The notes under the pieces are model-generated. The model was not told where the DNA came from. It did no database searches and saw only the letters and a list, made by a program, of their open reading frames with translations. Of a DNA stretch of 19,379 nt, positions 16,101-19,379 are shown one piece after another. Positions within the stretch are counted from its first letter, which is position 1, and every line of letters begins with the position of its first letter. The stretch covers positions 1 through 19,379 of the forward strand of contig JBGFRX010000040.1 in the NCBI GenBank assembly GCA_041694885.1, given 5' to 3'. The DNA is from Candidatus Micrarchaeota archaeon. Lineage in GTDB: Archaea; Micrarchaeota; Micrarchaeia; Anstonellales; Bilamarchaeaceae. Both the position numbers and the translations under genes were made by a program.

Positions 16101-16110
16101 GCTTTATAAA
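16101..16110 (+). promoter_or_regulatory. TATA box GCTTTATAAA upstream of the giant coiled-coil gene
   Basis: Preceded by GGAAA (BRE-like). A second TATA-like TATAAAA lies at 16131-16137. Confidence 0.55.
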
Positions 16111-16160
16111 AAGAAGCGTGGTAATTACAGTATAAAATACGCTTATTAAAAGGGGCTTCC

Positions 16161-19100
16161 ATGGACGATAAAGGAGATAAAACAGAGAGCGATTCCGCAA
16201 CCGGGCTCATCCGTGAAAAAGAGGAAAAAATCCTGGGTGTCAGCAAAGTGATAGAGCTGGGCAAAGCGATAGCCCAGGCAAAAAGCGACCTTGAAGGACT
16301 CGAGAAGAAAGAGACCCCGGGGAAAAAAGTGATGGTTAGGGCGCTGAACTCCGTGATGCGCAATCTTGAGAACCAGAGAGACACTCTTGTTGCCTCGCTC
16401 GGCTTCCGGCCAGACGACGATTTTGACGCTGTGCTTAAGCAGTTTGAAAAAGACAAGGTGGAGCCAACCTTCTCCCAGCTTGCGATAGTGCTCGAGGAAA
16501 ATAAATACATAGGTGCGCCACTTTTTTTCGAAGGAGGAAAAGTCGATTTTATCTTCCCGGAAATGATCAAGGCCGTTTTGCTTAAAATCGAGAACGCAAG
16601 GACCGAAGGCAAGGAAGAAAAGGGCATAATGGAAGAACTGAAGGCAGATAGCAATTTCAAGCTGCTTATAATGCTGGCGCTCCAGCACGAAAAAAAGGAA
16701 CATCTCACGCCCAAAGAAGCGCAGGAACAAAAAAGCGCGCTTGAAGAAGAGATCGTGCGCACCGCGGCTGAAAAGCGCACCCTGCTCGGGAAAAACAATG
16801 CATACGACCAGTTCTTCTCCTGTAAAATGGAGTGTGATCTCTCTGAAAGCGCAATTTACGATGCCCTTTCCAAAATGGCGCGTTCGAACAGCCAGGAAAA
16901 GAAAGCAGCCCTGCTCGAAGAAGCGATATCCTCCATTTACAAAAGGGACGCTGCTGAGCGCGAGATGAATGGCATCCTTACTGCCTCCCTTTCTAAGGAA
17001 GAGTTTGCCAAAATGAAAGAGCTCATGCGCCAGGAGAAAGTTTTACTAAATGTGCTCGCGCCTCGTAATGCCCTAACCAACCTGCAGGAAGAAGAGAGGA
17101 TGTTGCGCAAAATTGAAAAATTAGCCGGAATCAGGAGCGAATACGTTTCGCTTGTAGAGACCGTAGATGAATATTACAAACTGGAAGCCGAGATTAAAAG
17201 TACCGAATCCGCGAACCAGTCCATCATTGCGAAAATAAATGCACAGGTGGAAAAGGCAGAACAGCAGAAAGAAGGGCACGAGAACGCGGTACTTCATCTA
17301 AGAGAAGAGCTGAAAATCAGAGGTAAAACCATAGACGTGCTTATGGGTGAAGTAGGCGAACTGAGCAAGCAGCGCAGTAGCATTCGGGATATCGCCCGAT
17401 GCCTTTCAGGAAAAGCCATGGAATTTATGGAACTTGCCGAAAAGCAGGCCGAGACGGAGCACAGCCTCGCATGGAACGAGGAAGTGCGCGACGAATTGAA
17501 CGCTACCATAGCAGGGCTGGCGCACGAACTTGTTGCACTGGGCTCGGAAACGGAAGCGCTCACAGCGCAGCTTGCAGAAATGCTCAAACTCGAGGAAGTG
17601 CGCAGTGCGCTTGCGAAAGTGGAGGAAACCAGGAAGAGCATGCGTTCTCTTGAATCCGAACTTCTCGGGTCTCCGGAAACAGATATACAGCAAGGTGTAA
17701 AAGAACCAGACGCAGAGAAAAAAGCACAGTCCCAGATTGCCGAACCTGCGCAAATCGCCGAGCCAGGTGGCGTGCCAAAGCAGGAAAAGGAAGAAGCACC
17801 GGTTGAAAAGCCCGCTGAAATCGTAGAAAAAGTTGAGGAAAAAATGCCTGCAGCAGAGAAGATGCGGGAAGCCCAGAAGGTTGAAGAAACCGAAGCGCCC
17901 CCTAAACCTGCGAATGAAGCTGAGGACGAGAAAAAGCGGAAAATACTAGAACTTAAACACCAGAGGTTTAAATGCGACCAACTATGGAATAACGTATTCA
18001 ATGGAAAGAAAATAGATGCGCTTTATGAGATACACCTGAAACTGGCAAAAGAAGAAAAATTCATTGCCCAAGTGGAAAGGATTTTCGGGCAGGACATTTA
18101 CGATATTGACCTTCGCCGGCTGGACAAAATAATCGCCTACTGGCAGGATTTACAGATCATATCTTCAGCTTTACTTGAATCAACTTTACCTGAAGCCATA
18201 GAAGAACTGAAAGCAGCGCATGAAAAAGGCGGACTTAATGGAACCGAACAAGGATACATTGCATTCCGGGCTATGCTTTTGGATAACATGAATAGCTATA
18301 AGGACTTGCTTGGAAAGGCAGCGGAACTGCATAATGATCCTGAAGTGAAAGAAAGTTTGGCACAGCTTGCAGATCTCCTGGCACAGGACAAGCTGCTTGC
18401 GCAGGAGATCGTGAAACTGGGCGAAACAGATGGCTGGAGTACACCAACTAACTTTCCCAAAGAAGTCATTGAGATGATAGAACCTCTGGCTGGCGATACA
18501 GTCGCTACGAAGCTCGAGCGTATGAGCAACGGAATAAGGAAACGGGAGGAAGGCCGTGCAGCCCTGCTCGATGGAATCGCGCAACTCGATGGAAAAATGA
18601 CAATACTGCTCGAGAAAGAACTCATAGACATTAACTTAAATCGACAGCATATCCACAATTTCCGTTTAATATACGAATCTGCAGAGCGCGTGATTCAGGA
18701 GCGGAATGCCGACCTATCGAATGTCGACCTATTTATTGATCAGATCACTGACATCAAAAAGAATATCGCTGAATCAATAGAAATATGCGAAAGCGAGATT
18801 CAGAACATAAGCAGTAAAGGTCATCTTTCCAAATTTGACAAATCCGAAGTGCGAAAGCACCGCGAGCAAATCGCTAATTTGGAGCGCGAACTCCAGCATT
18901 TAGAGCAGATAATCATAGAACTGAAAGAATATGAAGAGACAGGCACGCTCGGCAAGAAAGCAGGCACCCACATAACTAAGTACTTGGAAACCTTTACACA
19001 TCATATTGAAGAATGCGAGAAGAAAATAGCCGAGGAAATGGAAAAACCCGAAGTCGCAGAAGCGCTTCATAAACTCAGTGGGCTGCAGGGTCTAAGAAAC

Positions 19101-19379
19101 GGACTCGCATCGGATCTAATGAAATACGGCGAATTTGCCGATCCATCGCCTATTAGCGTTGATGCAGTGCTTCGGGCTGCTGCGGACTATTCCGAGATGA
19201 AGGAAAAAGGACACGAGTACATTATGGAAGAGCCACTGCTTCCAAAAACGCATAAAAAAGCCAATGTTCTTGTCAAAGCTGCTGTTGGGTTTTCCCTTGC
19301 TGTTCTCCTCGGGGCTTTGGGCTTTTTCGGTTATGCTGCCTACAACATGGTTAGGGAAGATCGCAAACTACCTGCAGTA
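16161..19379 (+). CDS. Very large Glu/Lys-rich coiled-coil protein with one TM helix near the window end (partial, at least 1073 aa)
   Basis: My manual translation from ATG 16161 (MDDKGDKTESDSATGLIREKEEKILG...) has no stop up to the window end. Pro/Glu-rich linker at about 17670-17930. TM segment VLVKAAVGFSLAVLLGALGFFGYAAYNMV at about 19266-19352, preceded by KTHKK. Confidence 0.88.
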   Translation, partial: MDDKGDKTESDSATGLIREKEEKILGVSKVIELGKAIAQAKSDLEGLEKKETPGKKVMVRALNSVMRNLENQRDTLVASLGFRPDDDFDAVLKQFEKDKVEPTFSQLAIVLEENKYIGAPLFFEGGKVDFIFPEMIKAVLLKIENARTEGKEEKGIMEELKADSNFKLLIMLALQHEKKEHLTPKEAQEQKSALEEEIVRTAAEKRTLLGKNNAYDQFFSCKMECDLSESAIYDALSKMARSNSQEKKAALLEEAISSIYKRDAAEREMNGILTASLSKEEFAKMKELMRQEKVLLNVLAPRNALTNLQEEERMLRKIEKLAGIRSEYVSLVETVDEYYKLEAEIKSTESANQSIIAKINAQVEKAEQQKEGHENAVLHLREELKIRGKTIDVLMGEVGELSKQRSSIRDIARCLSGKAMEFMELAEKQAETEHSLAWNEEVRDELNATIAGLAHELVALGSETEALTAQLAEMLKLEEVRSALAKVEETRKSMRSLESELLGSPETDIQQGVKEPDAEKKAQSQIAEPAQIAEPGGVPKQEKEEAPVEKPAEIVEKVEEKMPAAEKMREAQKVEETEAPPKPANEAEDEKKRKILELKHQRFKCDQLWNNVFNGKKIDALYEIHLKLAKEEKFIAQVERIFGQDIYDIDLRRLDKIIAYWQDLQIISSALLESTLPEAIEELKAAHEKGGLNGTEQGYIAFRAMLLDNMNSYKDLLGKAAELHNDPEVKESLAQLADLLAQDKLLAQEIVKLGETDGWSTPTNFPKEVIEMIEPLAGDTVATKLERMSNGIRKREEGRAALLDGIAQLDGKMTILLEKELIDINLNRQHIHNFRLIYESAERVIQERNADLSNVDLFIDQITDIKKNIAESIEICESEIQNISSKGHLSKFDKSEVRKHREQIANLERELQHLEQIIIELKEYEETGTLGKKAGTHITKYLETFTHHIEECEKKIAEEMEKPEVAEALHKLSGLQGLRNGLASDLMKYGEFADPSPISVDAVLRAAADYSEMKEKGHEYIMEEPLLPKTHKKANVLVKAAVGFSLAVLLGALGFFGYAAYNMVREDRKLPAV

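Noticed and set aside
16054..16102. CRISPR mini-array or ORB elements (TCAATAAA(A)TGGAAA x2)
   Set aside because: Only two ~15-bp copies 33 bp apart, leaving no room for repeat plus spacer, with no cas genes. They lack the full TCCA-N-TGGA ORB core and G-string.
16010..18658. Minus-strand ORFs of 115-262 aa in the track
   Set aside because: Ser/Phe-rich antisense shadows of the Glu/Lys-rich plus-strand gene.
16161..19379. SMC/Rad50 or tape-measure annotation for the giant coiled-coil protein
   Set aside because: No N-terminal Walker A motif or CxxC zinc hook, a TM helix is present, and there are no viral genes nearby.

Overview
Archaeal chromosomal window, most consistent with a DPANN lineage such as Micrarchaeota. 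The lineage is inferred from Pop5, a TrmI lacking its N-terminal domain, an FtsZ2-type ftsZ, AglB, TTTATAAA TATA boxes, GGTGA ribosome-binding sites and many apparently leaderless genes. The left end (1-5736) holds a tightly packed run of large uncharacterised genes, including a 1186-aa protein with a helical N-half and a ~620-aa beta-meander (barrel-like) C-half. The middle holds an FNR-family oxidoreductase, a coiled-coil protein, a small membrane protein, RNase P Pop5, purE, trmI, a HAD hydrolase and a lipoprotein-like protein made of ten 4-Cys repeats. The right part holds two small genes divergent from ftsZ2 across a palindrome-rich 338-bp region, then aglB, then a >1073-aa membrane-anchored coiled-coil protein that runs off the window and is missing from the ORF track. 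I saw no rRNA, tRNA, CRISPR array or mobile element. The best candidates for new biology are the left-end operon and the ftsZ2-divergent small genes. Both rest on sequence pattern only and need structure prediction and synteny checks.
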